A stretch of 64,000 bases of DNA from Histomonas meleagridis 2922-C6/04-290x (Eukaryota > Protista > Parabasalia). Below are positions 42,643-54,018 of this stretch, in pieces. Numbering within the stretch: the first letter of the stretch is position 1; the number at the start of each line of letters is the position of its first letter. Under the pieces are notes generated by a model. It saw only the letters and a program-made list of their open reading frames with translations. It was not told the origin of the DNA and did no database searches. The translations under genes and the position numbers were made by a program. Location of the stretch: contig JAANOX010000218.1 of assembly GCA_020184695.1 (NCBI GenBank), forward strand, positions 186,001-250,000, given 5' to 3'.

Positions 42643-43623
42643 ATGGAAGAAAATAAAAGTGAAGTTTCAGAGGAAGAAATCCAATTCCCTGGCTTCACAG
42701 AGTGGAAGAGAACAAGGTGTTGTTGTTTTAAAAATGCTATTGATATAGGTGTTGATGGAGTAACTTATTTAGGTCATTGGCAAGTCCAGCTTGGAATGCC
42801 AATTACTGTAAATATCATAATAATTACTTCATATATTATTGCTATCTCATTAATTATTCCTTCATTTCATAGTTTTTTTACCTCATCAATCAACACAATA
42901 CTATTATCAATTTTATATTTTTTATTTACATATTCATATTTCCGGGTTATAATTGATGGGCCAGGTTATTTACCATTTTATTGGCCTGACAAAGAAATTG
43001 TTGAACCTGTTCCAAATGAGTCAGAAACTACTTCTCTTTTACATATCTCAGATGATTTATCACCAGCTGGGATTATATCTAACGATGAACAAGCCAAATG
43101 GACCAAAACACGGCCTCGTCCAAATCGGTGTATTTTATCATCATTTGCACGTCGTTATGTCATTCGTCCTGACCATGTCTGTGGATGGACCACTTCATGG
43201 ATAGGCAAACGCAACCATAAATTCTTTCTTTTGTTTAATTTTTGGGGGTTTATATATATTTCATATTTCCTAACATTAGACTTAATTGGGATCATAAAAG
43301 AGTTTAAGACAGAAGATCCGTCATTATTTATTGTTTTGTATTTGATTTACACATTTCTCGCATTACTGTTTATGGTATTGACTGGTTCGTTTGTGTTTTC
43401 GCACTTCTATGGCGCGTTCATCAACCAAACAAGTTGGGAGGAGTGGCAAAAGTTCAAAGAGAACCAATATGACAAAGGTTGCGTGAGGAATATTGAAGAT
43501 GTCTTCGGGCCGATTAAGTATTGGTATTTGTTCTTTTGCCCTGTTTCGCCTTGGAAAGATATGAGCAATGATGAACTCATTCGAAATTATGAGTCTGGCT
43601 ATGGGAATATTGAAAGAATTTAG
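42643..43623 (+). CDS. DHHC-family palmitoyl acyltransferase with variant DHVC motif
   Basis: DGPGY, RP.R, PDHVCGWTTSWIGKRNHKFF, NQTSWE (TTxE-like), YDKG..RNIEDVFG; 4 TM. Confidence 0.85.
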   Translation: MEENKSEVSEEEIQFPGFTEWKRTRCCCFKNAIDIGVDGVTYLGHWQVQLGMPITVNIIIITSYIIAISLIIPSFHSFFTSSINTILLSILYFLFTYSYFRVIIDGPGYLPFYWPDKEIVEPVPNESETTSLLHISDDLSPAGIISNDEQAKWTKTRPRPNRCILSSFARRYVIRPDHVCGWTTSWIGKRNHKFFLLFNFWGFIYISYFLTLDLIGIIKEFKTEDPSLFIVLYLIYTFLALLFMVLTGSFVFSHFYGAFINQTSWEEWQKFKENQYDKGCVRNIEDVFGPIKYWYLFFCPVSPWKDMSNDELIRNYESGYGNIERI

Positions 43624-44050
43624 AGAAAAGTTAAATAGAAATTATTGTTTGAATGTAAAACATAAAATTAAATATTTTTTAATTGTTTAATAAAAAATGA
43701 AACAAATGTAAAGTGAATTATGTGATGAAAATTGTTTATTTTTTAAATAATAAACCAAAAGGAACACCAAAGTTAAGAATCATTTGCTGTTAAAAACATA
43801 TTCTATTTTTAATGACTATACTTACATATTAAGAGATGACGTTTAAGAGAAACAAATTTTCCCCCACATTATGACCGTTATGGACGCCGATAATCGGACG
43901 TTATTGTATGGATGTCGACCGTTAAAAATAAATTCAAAAAAAAAAATGATCAAATTGTAAATTCTATTGACAAAAAAACAGTGGTACATTTCAATATGTA
44001 ACCGCCATTGTAAGGTCGCATATTCCCAGAATCAGAATCTTCGATCAACA

Positions 44051-46150
44051 ATGAGTAAGAATGTTGTCGGAGCTGATGTTCCGAGATATCACGCAAACCC
44101 TATTGAACAACAAATTTTGATTCGTGGGTTGAAACTGTATTTTTTTTTCCCTGAAAGATCACAAAACAGAATCAAAATTGCAAAAGAATTTTCTCAATTA
44201 CTCAGAAATTACTCTCCCCATTGGACTCACAGAGCAGTAAGACTTTGGTTTAACAATAACAGACATACTTATTACAATGCAAATGCTGGTGATATACCAT
44301 CAATGCCAATAGGGATGAATATGTTTCAACCTCCTAATGGCCAATTTCAGCCCATGATCCCAAATCAAAAAACGCTAAATGAACCCATACCAAACGGTAT
44401 GCCAAAACCACCACAACCTCCCCCACTCGCACAAACCCAAAGACCCATTCCCAAACTTCCAGTAATTGTTTCGCAACCTCAACCAATATCTCAAAACATT
44501 CCAAAACCACAACCAATATCTCAAAACATTCCACAACCTCCTCAAAAGGCCCAATTTCCATTCCCCACACAGCCACCCAAAGCTCCTACACCTATTTCCC
44601 CGCAAGTAGTCGAAAATGAAGTCAAAACCATTTTACCACAATCAATACCAGTTAAAGCCTATCAAATGCCTATCAAGAAGTCGCCTCTCTCTCCCTCTAG
44701 TGGAAATCCCATCTCAATGACGCCTATCCAACTTTCACCTGTTCATACAGAGAAATCACCAATTCAATTTTTACCATTTTCAGACAACACTACATCATAT
44801 GGAGGCATCAAGTCGATGAAACCCATCTCTTTCCGTAATAATTCACATACTAGTGAGCCATCCATTGATCAAACATACACATCAGTATCAGCATTATGGA
44901 ATGAAATCCAACACATGCAACCTAACGACCCACGTATCTCACAATCGATTGCTGATTTTGATGATCTTTGTAATTCATTCATTGCTAAATTCGGACCAAT
45001 TCAACCCGAGAAAGTACATCCTATGCTTCCAGCCATAAAGTTTCCATTTACAGATGAGAAATCCCTCGATTTATCAAGCTTAGATTTATCATATGATTTC
45101 TCTGCAACCGATCTGATAAGGACCGACTCATTTGGCAGGGCACCCTCACTCACCAGTCAAATTTTTTCGGCTAAGGACAATTTTGCCTCACAAAACATAT
45201 GGAACAACCGACCGTTTACTGATGAGAACGTTATGCATTTTGAGAACACAGCGCTCAACAATGAGTTTGCAGCGATAATTATGGTCCCTTTTGGATCAAC
45301 GCAAAAAGGACTATCAGTGAATAAGTATCATGAAAAAAACTCTCAATGGTTATTATATAATATAGAACTTAAGAATAAAGTTGAATCAATGGCTTTAGGA
45401 TCTTTATCTGCTTGGCTATTAACATCAAATAGTGTCGCAAACGTGCCTTTCTCAAAGACAATGGATACAAAAATGGCACCTATGCCTGAAACTCCGGGAG
45501 TTCGATGTATTACATCATTTAATAATGGATCTGTTGTTCATTTTTCGAATTCATCTGACTTAATTTTCTTGGACAACGAGATGCATCAAACCATAACACC
45601 GACAAAATATAAAGGTATTACAGCAATTGCTCCTACAAATGATAAATTAATGTGTTGTATCACTGGAAGTTGTGCCTTAAGGATGATAAGTGCAACAGGA
45701 GATGAAATAAGAACATTTGCGGGCCACTGTGCTCCAGTAACGGGGGTTGTTCACATGGGAAACGAAGTTTTTGCTTCTTTCTCAAGTGATTCGACCGTTA
45801 GGATTTGGGACTCGCGACAGTTTTTACCGGTCACCACCATATCGGCGCCCGATAGCTCAGTGTGCTGTCTTTCGGGCACCCCGGAGTACGTTATATGCGG
45901 TTTTCACAACAAAAAGATAGGAGTTGTTGACCTAAGAAAACCTTCAGGTAAGGCAATATTAGGTGTTAATACACAAGATTATGAACCAATTAATATGTGT
46001 TATGATCAAAACTATGATACTTTGGCAATGTTTGGTATTACACAAAGAGGAACTAATGATGATTCAATGCGATTTTTCGATATAGATGGAAGCAAAAGCC
46101 AAAGAGTATTTAGAACTTATCAAAGTTTTATTGGTATCAACTCAAAATAA
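44051..46150 (+). CDS. Homeodomain-like N-terminus, Pro-rich linker, C-terminal WD40 repeats
   Basis: AVRLWFNNNR (WFxNxR helix-3 motif); FAGHCAPV...SSDSTVRIWD. First ATG at 44051. Confidence 0.75.
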   Translation: MSKNVVGADVPRYHANPIEQQILIRGLKLYFFFPERSQNRIKIAKEFSQLLRNYSPHWTHRAVRLWFNNNRHTYYNANAGDIPSMPIGMNMFQPPNGQFQPMIPNQKTLNEPIPNGMPKPPQPPPLAQTQRPIPKLPVIVSQPQPISQNIPKPQPISQNIPQPPQKAQFPFPTQPPKAPTPISPQVVENEVKTILPQSIPVKAYQMPIKKSPLSPSSGNPISMTPIQLSPVHTEKSPIQFLPFSDNTTSYGGIKSMKPISFRNNSHTSEPSIDQTYTSVSALWNEIQHMQPNDPRISQSIADFDDLCNSFIAKFGPIQPEKVHPMLPAIKFPFTDEKSLDLSSLDLSYDFSATDLIRTDSFGRAPSLTSQIFSAKDNFASQNIWNNRPFTDENVMHFENTALNNEFAAIIMVPFGSTQKGLSVNKYHEKNSQWLLYNIELKNKVESMALGSLSAWLLTSNSVANVPFSKTMDTKMAPMPETPGVRCITSFNNGSVVHFSNSSDLIFLDNEMHQTITPTKYKGITAIAPTNDKLMCCITGSCALRMISATGDEIRTFAGHCAPVTGVVHMGNEVFASFSSDSTVRIWDSRQFLPVTTISAPDSSVCCLSGTPEYVICGFHNKKIGVVDLRKPSGKAILGVNTQDYEPINMCYDQNYDTLAMFGITQRGTNDDSMRFFDIDGSKSQRVFRTYQSFIGINSK

Positions 46151-46654
46151 TTGGTATTGTTCATTATGTGTGTTAAAAAAAATTCCACAAATGTTATTAA
46201 ATAACAATTGTCGATTTAATTCTTATTTTATGTGTGTAATAAATGAATAAGAATAAGCAATTTAATCAAAAGTTATAATTCCATTTTACAAATCGAAAAA
46301 AAAAATTATCATATTTTTGAAGGTTATACGAATTTAATATCAAAAGATATAACATTATTTTTTCGTTAAAGTTATGATTTTTACATTTATTAACCCAAAA
46401 AATCCAAAATTGGGAAGCTGAAAAACTTTAAAAAAAAACGTTCGAACGAGCAAAAAGTAAATCAGTCAACATTGTGTGGTATACATAACTGATTTTTGAG
46501 TGGAAGCTTTTTGAGCGAAAACTTAAGTTTTGAAATATTGTCAATTCTTTATTGATGCAATCTTCCCACAATCTCAATTTTAAACCGATGACAGCACTCA
46601 AATTCTGGTTGTAACGTATAGAAATTTTTGGGAAGTCTGGCCTTTTATCCTTCC

Positions 46655-47230
46655 ATGGAACAATTTAAACACTTTTATTGCCATTGCAATAATGTAGATG
46701 TTCGTGGAAGGGAGGTTGACCTTCACCATAAAACTGCTCTAAACTATGCTTCACTTCGTGGAGTTTTAGCAAGGTGCAAACAATATCCACTTATCCAAGT
46801 TGCTACTTCATCAATCACAATTAAGAGGTGGAATAAAATCTCTATAACCAAAATCAGTAAGGTAAAATATCAATTGACATGTCATGTTTGCTCACAAAAT
46901 ATGGACATACTGCCAAGTCGTAATAATTACTACGTTCAGTTTGACCAGAATTGTACCTCCCTTACTCCATTCGATAATTCTGTTCCAAATGAAATTCGTG
47001 ATTTATTTGATTTAACGGCTTCGTCGAATGAAAACTCACCTTTCAATAACCCTATTTCTTTAATGAATACAGAGCACTTGTTCACACTTGAACCTGAAAT
47101 CTTAATTTCGGATGATGATAATGATGATTATGCTATTATGTTTGGAAACCAACATGAAAGATTTGTTGGTTCTTTCCAAAGTAGCGTTGTTTACTCTCCA
47201 TTCTCTATGAATGAAGATAATATTTTTTAA
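46655..47230 (+). CDS. Hypothetical protein with CxC...CxxC (possible zinc-binding beta fold)
   Basis: FYCHC and LTCHVC; first ATG at 46655. Confidence 0.6.
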   Translation: MEQFKHFYCHCNNVDVRGREVDLHHKTALNYASLRGVLARCKQYPLIQVATSSITIKRWNKISITKISKVKYQLTCHVCSQNMDILPSRNNYYVQFDQNCTSLTPFDNSVPNEIRDLFDLTASSNENSPFNNPISLMNTEHLFTLEPEILISDDDNDDYAIMFGNQHERFVGSFQSSVVYSPFSMNEDNIF

Positions 47231-47891
47231 TTATATCTAATAGTAAAAATAAATCACGATTTAAAATCTGCTGTATAAAATGAAAATAACCGCTGGCGCA
47301 TCGTTTCGATTCAAACTGTATTCAATTTTTTGAATCAGATTGTGGCGGTTTCACTCAACTTTAAAGAAAAACTTGTATAGAAATCAATATAAAATGTTTT
47401 GCATAATAAACGAATATCGAAGTCGAAATACATGAAAATAATGAAACAATATTGTTTTTCTTTTTGGAACATATATTTTTTTCTCGTTATGTTGAAACGT
47501 AATCTTTTTATATTATGATCATATCGTTATTTTTCTTGAGTTATTTTATTTATAAAATTGATTATAGATTTATAATATAGCACATATACATATTAATTAT
47601 GTGCTATTAATTTTTTGATATATTTATTATAAAAAAATTGAAAATATGATCAATATCACATGATAATCATATTTTTTTTCAATGAATGATGTATAAAGTT
47701 TAAGCATAGAATCAATTGTTATTGTATAAAATAAATTTATTATTGATTTAAAATTAAAGAATTCATTGGAAATTATTAAAATATTTATTAATATGATATC
47801 ATATTTCAAGTGTTACAAGTGTGAAACATTGTACATATAAATGTGTATAGTAAGCATTTTTGTTTCTAAGTACTTGATTTTAGGATGCATC

Positions 47892-48902
47892 TTAAAAATC
47901 GATTTTTATTTGTGCATACATTCTATCGAAATATTTCTCTTTTTGCATATCTTCTTTGATATGTTGACTTAGTGCTAACATTCCTTTTACTAAACCACGA
48001 TCATTATAACTACGATTCATTGGTACGATTGCCCATTCATTATTATTATATCTAAACATTGTAAATACCCAAATAGAAGTATATAAACCTTTTCTCCTTC
48101 CATCGAATGACATTAATTCGAAATCATCTTTTGCATCATAAACCCTAAAGAAACAGCCCATAGAACCATTAAGTTTTTTATTGAAGACTTCGGATATTCC
48201 GAATGTTAAACAAAATACTTCTGGAGGTATTTGATTAAGTTTTACAATGGAATAAGCCTCTTTATTAAATCTTCCAGTCTCATCATTAGCGAGTTTTACT
48301 GCACCATTTGACTTCGATAGTTTTTGTGTATCAATTATTTCAATACACTTAAAATTGGCGTCATATGCAATATACCCTAATTCAAAGCTAAGCCCATTTT
48401 TTGAATCTAACATTTGTTGTGCAAAAATATGTATTTTTTCGGGTACAGGTCTCATGAAAAATTTAACCGCAGTTTGAAGTGGAAATGGTTCATCAACATT
48501 CAAATTAACACGAGGAAATGTTTTTTGGTCGGTTTTATTTTTGATAACTAAAGGCTTAACTGCTAATGTAAAGAATAATATACTCTTAATGAACAAAGAA
48601 TTTAATGAAACACATTTTTCAAGGTAGAAATGGTTAATACAATTTTTTTGGTTGAAGTTCTCAATCTCATTATCTACGTAGTTAGAATAATGAATAAGAT
48701 TTTCAACACTTAGCATGTCACTTCCACTGAATGAATATAAGCTTTGGAAATGAAGAACTGGTGGCACTTTATTTTCTTTGTTAAGTCCAATACATGTCAA
48801 TTTAACATTTCCAGTATAATTGGTATTCAATGTGATGACTGGAACATACATTAATTGTTCGGAGTTCGGATAATGTATTTGCAGTTTGAAATTGGTGTCC
48901 AT
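47892..48902 (-). CDS. TerD-like stress-domain protein
   Basis: YIAYDANFKCIEIID...SNGAV....DETG...EAYSIVKLNQIPPEVFCLTFGIS...FRVYD...FRYNNNEW follows the TerD pattern. Confidence 0.6.
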   Translation of the reverse strand: MDTNFKLQIHYPNSEQLMYVPVITLNTNYTGNVKLTCIGLNKENKVPPVLHFQSLYSFSGSDMLSVENLIHYSNYVDNEIENFNQKNCINHFYLEKCVSLNSLFIKSILFFTLAVKPLVIKNKTDQKTFPRVNLNVDEPFPLQTAVKFFMRPVPEKIHIFAQQMLDSKNGLSFELGYIAYDANFKCIEIIDTQKLSKSNGAVKLANDETGRFNKEAYSIVKLNQIPPEVFCLTFGISEVFNKKLNGSMGCFFRVYDAKDDFELMSFDGRRKGLYTSIWVFTMFRYNNNEWAIVPMNRSYNDRGLVKGMLALSQHIKEDMQKEKYFDRMYAQIKIDF

Positions 48903-49095
48903 CCACGGTCATCACCATTTTGATCATTTGGAACCATTCGACAACATCTACGATCATATACATCAAATACAATTGCTGCTAATTTGGAAACATTTTTTTG
49001 CTCTGGTGGAATTGGTGGATCATATTCAAGATACAAAAATATTTTTAAAATTCCGATTTTAAAAAAATAATAAAATTAAATATTTACAAAGAAAA

Positions 49096-50742
49096 TTATT
49101 TCGCAAAAGGATTTCTTAGCTTCACACTTTCCGCATTATTTGTTTTTTCTTTTTGCTTCGACGAGCTATATTCCATTTTTTCTTCTTTATTTTTTGTTTC
49201 TTTCCTTTTTGGCATGAATTTTGCTTTTGCATTTATAGGTTCTTCTTCTTCAAATGGATTAGTGAATTCTTTTTTATGATTATTTTTTCTTTTTTCTTCT
49301 GAATACAAATAATTATTTAACTCGATTTTCAGTTTTTTCTCTGTGATGATAGGCTTTATCTTTTTGCCATATTTATCCCAGAATTCTGGATATAAGTCAA
49401 TTGTTTCTTTTTGCTTTTTCTTCTTCTTTTCGCTTCTTTCTGAAATTGTGAGCGGCTCAATTGAAATCCTTTGAATTTCTTTGATGCTGTAAGAGCTTTC
49501 ACTTTTTCTGTGCTTTTGAATGACTTCTGAAATCGAGTTCAAAAGAAGTTTGCGAAGTTGCATTTCAATTTGTGCGCCATTTAAGCCTTCTGTTTGTTCA
49601 ACAACATCATTTATTTGCGACACATCGTCAAATGGTATTTTGCGATGGAAAAGTCGTATGATCTCAAAACGATCTTGTTCATTTGGAAGATTGATTTCGA
49701 TTTTGAAATCAAAATATGGTTTAAGAGAATTCCCAAGTCGCTTCTCATCACGCGATGTAGCAATGATTACAACGCCTGCTTCATATCGTAAGCGTTTGAT
49801 GGCTGAGATAATTGATCCTGAAAGTCTTGGATCAGATTCTCCATTTTTTGAAATATCAATAGATGAAATGATATCAATGTCATCAAAAAATATAACAGAT
49901 GGTTGGTTTCGAATACAATTTCGAATAGATCTTAATAAATGTGAAATAGCTTTTTCAGTTGTCATCGTATATAGTGTAAAGCATTCAATTCTTGTGAACG
50001 ATAGAGGAAGCTCATTTTCGATTGCTGAGCCGAGTAATGTCTTCCCAATACCTGATGGGCCTGTAACCAAAACGCTTTTAATCTGAGGAATGTCCATTGT
50101 AGAAAAGAGGTTTGGATGAAGAAGTGGGATTTCAATGACTTGCCGAAGTTGAAGAATTTGTTGACTTAGTCCTCCAATATCATCATAACTAATGCCACTG
50201 AAACTTGGTGAATCTTTACGATTAACAGGGGTATTTCTACATGCAATTATTTCTTGTTGATCAATTATTGATATATCTGCTGGTTGAACAATAACAGCTT
50301 TAAACTCTATAACTCTGTTTGCCATTTGAACAGGAATTACTTGATTCTTCTTGATTGGAATATTCAATAAATTAATTGATGAATTAAATAATATGTTTGC
50401 ATATGTACCACTTATGTTTTGAATTGTGTCTTCAATTGGTGAAAAAACAACACAGTTTGCAATGGGACAATGACGGTGTGCTTTTATTTTAACAATATTG
50501 CCAAGTTTACATTTAAGATTAACTCTTAATACTCTGCTCATTTGAATAAAACCATATGGACACTGTTCCTCAGAAGCAAAGCATGGTGCATAAATTGTTT
50601 CTCCGTCTTCTGATTTGATTTCAATAATGGTTCCGTTTTTAATTTGAAGTTCACCCATTTTGTAACAATTGACATAAACTTGATAAGCGTCAGGAAATGG
50701 AAGTCGATCTATGATTAATGTATTTGTTTCTTCAAAAGACAT
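49096..50742 (-). CDS. Truncated, divergent CDC48/p97 paralog (N domain plus one AAA module)
   Basis: IQMSRVLRVNLKCKLGNIV (N domain), SYDDIGGL..Q..QLRQVIEIPLLHP, GPSGIGKT, VIFFDDID; no D2, K/E-rich tail. Confidence 0.8.
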   Translation of the reverse strand: MSFEETNTLIIDRLPFPDAYQVYVNCYKMGELQIKNGTIIEIKSEDGETIYAPCFASEEQCPYGFIQMSRVLRVNLKCKLGNIVKIKAHRHCPIANCVVFSPIEDTIQNISGTYANILFNSSINLLNIPIKKNQVIPVQMANRVIEFKAVIVQPADISIIDQQEIIACRNTPVNRKDSPSFSGISYDDIGGLSQQILQLRQVIEIPLLHPNLFSTMDIPQIKSVLVTGPSGIGKTLLGSAIENELPLSFTRIECFTLYTMTTEKAISHLLRSIRNCIRNQPSVIFFDDIDIISSIDISKNGESDPRLSGSIISAIKRLRYEAGVVIIATSRDEKRLGNSLKPYFDFKIEINLPNEQDRFEIIRLFHRKIPFDDVSQINDVVEQTEGLNGAQIEMQLRKLLLNSISEVIQKHRKSESSYSIKEIQRISIEPLTISERSEKKKKKQKETIDLYPEFWDKYGKKIKPIITEKKLKIELNNYLYSEEKRKNNHKKEFTNPFEEEEPINAKAKFMPKRKETKNKEEKMEYSSSKQKEKTNNAESVKLRNPFAK

Positions 50743-50999
50743 TGGGTTTTATGCAGCGCATTTGACAAACTTTGTTCGCAAGATATTTTTGTATCAAGTA
50801 AAAAGAAACTACAAACACCAAGTTATCCTTCATTTAAAAATGTTTTTATAAATTTAAAAGTTTTTAAAAAAGATTTGCATTTCGCAAATGTATTATTACA
50901 AAAATTTTCTCAAAAAATCAATAATTAAATAATTGTGTTTTTGTTTAGATAAAGCACTTCTATGATTCTTTTTATCTGTTTTTACTAATGTAAAATATT

Positions 51000-53447
51000 T
51001 TAGTTTGATTCATGTTCAAAAGGAAAAATGAAATTTTCGTTTTCACATTCAATCTTTATGTCAAATGGTAAAGATTTTTCTTCTCCTTCGGAAGGGATAT
51101 ATTTTAAATCTACAACAATCACCGAAATATTGTCTCCACTCAATAAATAATATGCAGTATTTCTCATATCGTATGCAAATTCCTTCGGATTATTTGATTT
51201 TATAGCAATGCCTTTAATAACTTCTTCTGTTGCTACATCGAAAACTCCATCACAACCTAATAAAAGCCATTTATCATTTTCATCAATAATTATTTCATTA
51301 ATACTTGGTTCTGATGATATTCCTTTTACCTTAAAATCACCTATTGATCTTGATACACCTAAAATTCCTTGTGTTCTTCCAGATATTACATAACTTCCAC
51401 AATCACGAATTCTTGTAAATTCATCTCTGTTATTTGGTTTATGGTCAATTGTTCTAAAACTAATTGAGCCATCCTCTTTTATAATGACAATACGTGCATC
51501 ACCAAGGTGTGCTGTGATTATTTTGTTTTCTTTTTTGAGAGCAATTGCAACCGTTGAACCGTCGTTTATATTGAATTTTGGAAGATTTTCATTGATTTTT
51601 TCAATGCATTTTACCAGAAAATCCGTTGAAAAAGTTCCATATTGAGTTGCAAGTTTTACAAAACGAAATGCACCAAATGTTGAAGCTTTAGCTCCTCCAT
51701 GCCCATCAAAAATAGCAAAAGCCGAAATCCCATCTTTAATATTTTCACGAACTACTATTGCATCTTCCATTCTATCTCTAATACCACACATTTCAGAAAA
51801 TCCACTTCCATTTGTTGAAGATATTAATTTAACATTTGGGCTTATAAATATATCATTTTGATTTGTCATTAATTCATGAACCATAGGAACATCATCAATC
51901 GGATATATAACATTTGTTGAATCAAGATCAAGAATTATTAACTTTGGAAATTGAGCTTTTGTTATGCATTTACTAAAATTAATATTATGTGAAATTTTTA
52001 AGCTTTTTAATGATTTGCTTGCAAATGATTTTGGAATCTTTTGTATGTGATTATATGAAAGATCAAGATCTATAAGATCATTCAATATTAAATTTTTTGG
52101 TATTGATTTAATTTGATTCATAGATACATCAATGATTTGGATCGAAAAAGGAACTATCGGAAAATCTAATAATTTATTCTTCGATAAGTATAATTTTTTA
52201 AGGTTAGGAATTAATGGAATTGTTTGTAAATTGTTCCCAAAAGCAACTAATTCTGTTAATTTATTACAATCTGTAATATTATATGGAAGTTCTGATATAT
52301 CACAATATGATATTAAAAGTCTCTGAATAGAATGAGGAAGATCAAAGATTAAACTAGATAAAGGATTTCCTGATATATTAAATACTTCTATATTAGAATA
52401 ACAAAGATTATCTGAAATTTTGGATATTTTATTTTCATGTATTAAAATTGTTTTTAGCTTTGTAAGTGTTATTAATTGATCTGGAATTTTTTCAATTTGA
52501 TTAAAAGATATATCAAGAAATTTAATATGTGAATAAAGTTCAATATTTCCTAATGAAGTAATTTTATTATGTGCAAATGAAACTTCTTCTATTTTATTTT
52601 CTTCTAAGATTGGTATTGCCTCTAAAAAATTATTAAAAAAGAAACATCTTTTTAGTTTAGGAATTTTGCATTTTTTTATTTGGATTAATTTGTTTGAATG
52701 TAATGAAAGCATTGTAATTGATAATGGAAGCGTAGGGAGTATTTCAATCAAGTTTTCTGATAGTTCAAGAATTTTTAATTCTTCATAATTTTTTAACTCT
52801 TCTGGAATCCTTATAATTTGATTATGTTTCATTGAGATCTCACTAATTGTTTTTGGAAAATGTGGAAAATCAATTAAAAAATTATAAGAAGCTTCAAGTA
52901 TCCTTAATTTGGGTGTACATTTTGCTAAATCTGGAAGTTTTGTAAGTTTGTTTCTTCCGATATCTAAAAACGTTAAATTGGGTAAAGATATATTTGGTGA
53001 TATTTCTTCAATATCATTTAAATTTAAAGATAGCTTTGAAAGGTTAAAAAAACTCGATTCGAATTTTTTTAATTTATTCCAGTTTAAGTTAATGTTGATA
53101 ACATTTTCAGGAACACGTGGGAAATTTTGAAAAAGATTCTGACTTAAATTTATTAATTTTAATGATTTCATTGTTAAATTTAACTCAGAAAATTTATTCC
53201 CATTCAATAAAAGTTGCTTTAGTTTAGTACATTTGTTTATATATGGACTTAATGAATTAATGCCATTATTTGCTAGATTAATAGAAATTATTTTTGGAAA
53301 AAAATTTCCTGATTTAAGTATCTTAATGCTCTCATCATGTATTTCACCATGATTTGTGCATTCTATAATAATCCCATTCTTAGTTACTTCAATAAATTCT
53401 TGTATAGGATCAAGTGCTTTATTATTAATTGATGGTATTGAACCCAT
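51000..53447 (-). CDS. LRR plus PP2C protein phosphatase
   Basis: About 20 LxxLxLxxNxI repeats; RDRMEDA, DGHGG, AHLGDAR, DHKP, SRSIGD, GCDGVFD, DNISV; MG start (possible myristoylation). Confidence 0.92.
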   Translation of the reverse strand: MGSIPSINNKALDPIQEFIEVTKNGIIIECTNHGEIHDESIKILKSGNFFPKIISINLANNGINSLSPYINKCTKLKQLLLNGNKFSELNLTMKSLKLINLSQNLFQNFPRVPENVININLNWNKLKKFESSFFNLSKLSLNLNDIEEISPNISLPNLTFLDIGRNKLTKLPDLAKCTPKLRILEASYNFLIDFPHFPKTISEISMKHNQIIRIPEELKNYEELKILELSENLIEILPTLPLSITMLSLHSNKLIQIKKCKIPKLKRCFFFNNFLEAIPILEENKIEEVSFAHNKITSLGNIELYSHIKFLDISFNQIEKIPDQLITLTKLKTILIHENKISKISDNLCYSNIEVFNISGNPLSSLIFDLPHSIQRLLISYCDISELPYNITDCNKLTELVAFGNNLQTIPLIPNLKKLYLSKNKLLDFPIVPFSIQIIDVSMNQIKSIPKNLILNDLIDLDLSYNHIQKIPKSFASKSLKSLKISHNINFSKCITKAQFPKLIILDLDSTNVIYPIDDVPMVHELMTNQNDIFISPNVKLISSTNGSGFSEMCGIRDRMEDAIVVRENIKDGISAFAIFDGHGGAKASTFGAFRFVKLATQYGTFSTDFLVKCIEKINENLPKFNINDGSTVAIALKKENKIITAHLGDARIVIIKEDGSISFRTIDHKPNNRDEFTRIRDCGSYVISGRTQGILGVSRSIGDFKVKGISSEPSINEIIIDENDKWLLLGCDGVFDVATEEVIKGIAIKSNNPKEFAYDMRNTAYYLLSGDNISVIVVDLKYIPSEGEEKSLPFDIKIECENENFIFPFEHESN

Positions 53448-54018
53448 TGCAAAATTTACATAAGTTTTTCCAAAAAATTTAATTTCTTGAAAGACTTTTC
53501 AATACACCATAAAAATTTTATACAAAAAAAGAAAATAGCTCCTAGTAAATGTCTTTTAATTTATTTGTAAAAAATAAAATCTGTTATTCATATTTAAATA
53601 CATTTATAAATAAAAGACCTAACTTAAACCTGATCATTCTGAATTATAAAATAAAATATGTCTTTTACTTACACCAAATTATTTTAAGGTGCTTAACAAT
53701 CAAACTTTAACTTATCAAATATTAATTAATTTATGAACCATGGTATTAATATCAATAATAAAAACACCACCAATTATTGCATTTTAAAGATTTCTTTCCA
53801 GAAGATCGAAAAATTAATTAGATATAAAAATAAGTGTATACTGAGGGCATTTAACATAAAAGTGGAGCTAAGCTTAAAAATCATTAAATAATCATATGTA
53901 ATGGGATCATTTTTATTGTAAAGTCAGAATTTCGCAAATGGAACGAATAACTGTTTTCTGACAGCAGTTATTTGAACTTTGCGTAGAAATTTAATAACTT
54001 TACATCTTCAGAAAAACA

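Noticed and set aside
47620-47820. Further decayed ankyrin cassettes here and at about 53600-53800
   Set aside because: Only DI/IDIN-like fragments and weak 20-nt periodicity; not supportable by eye.
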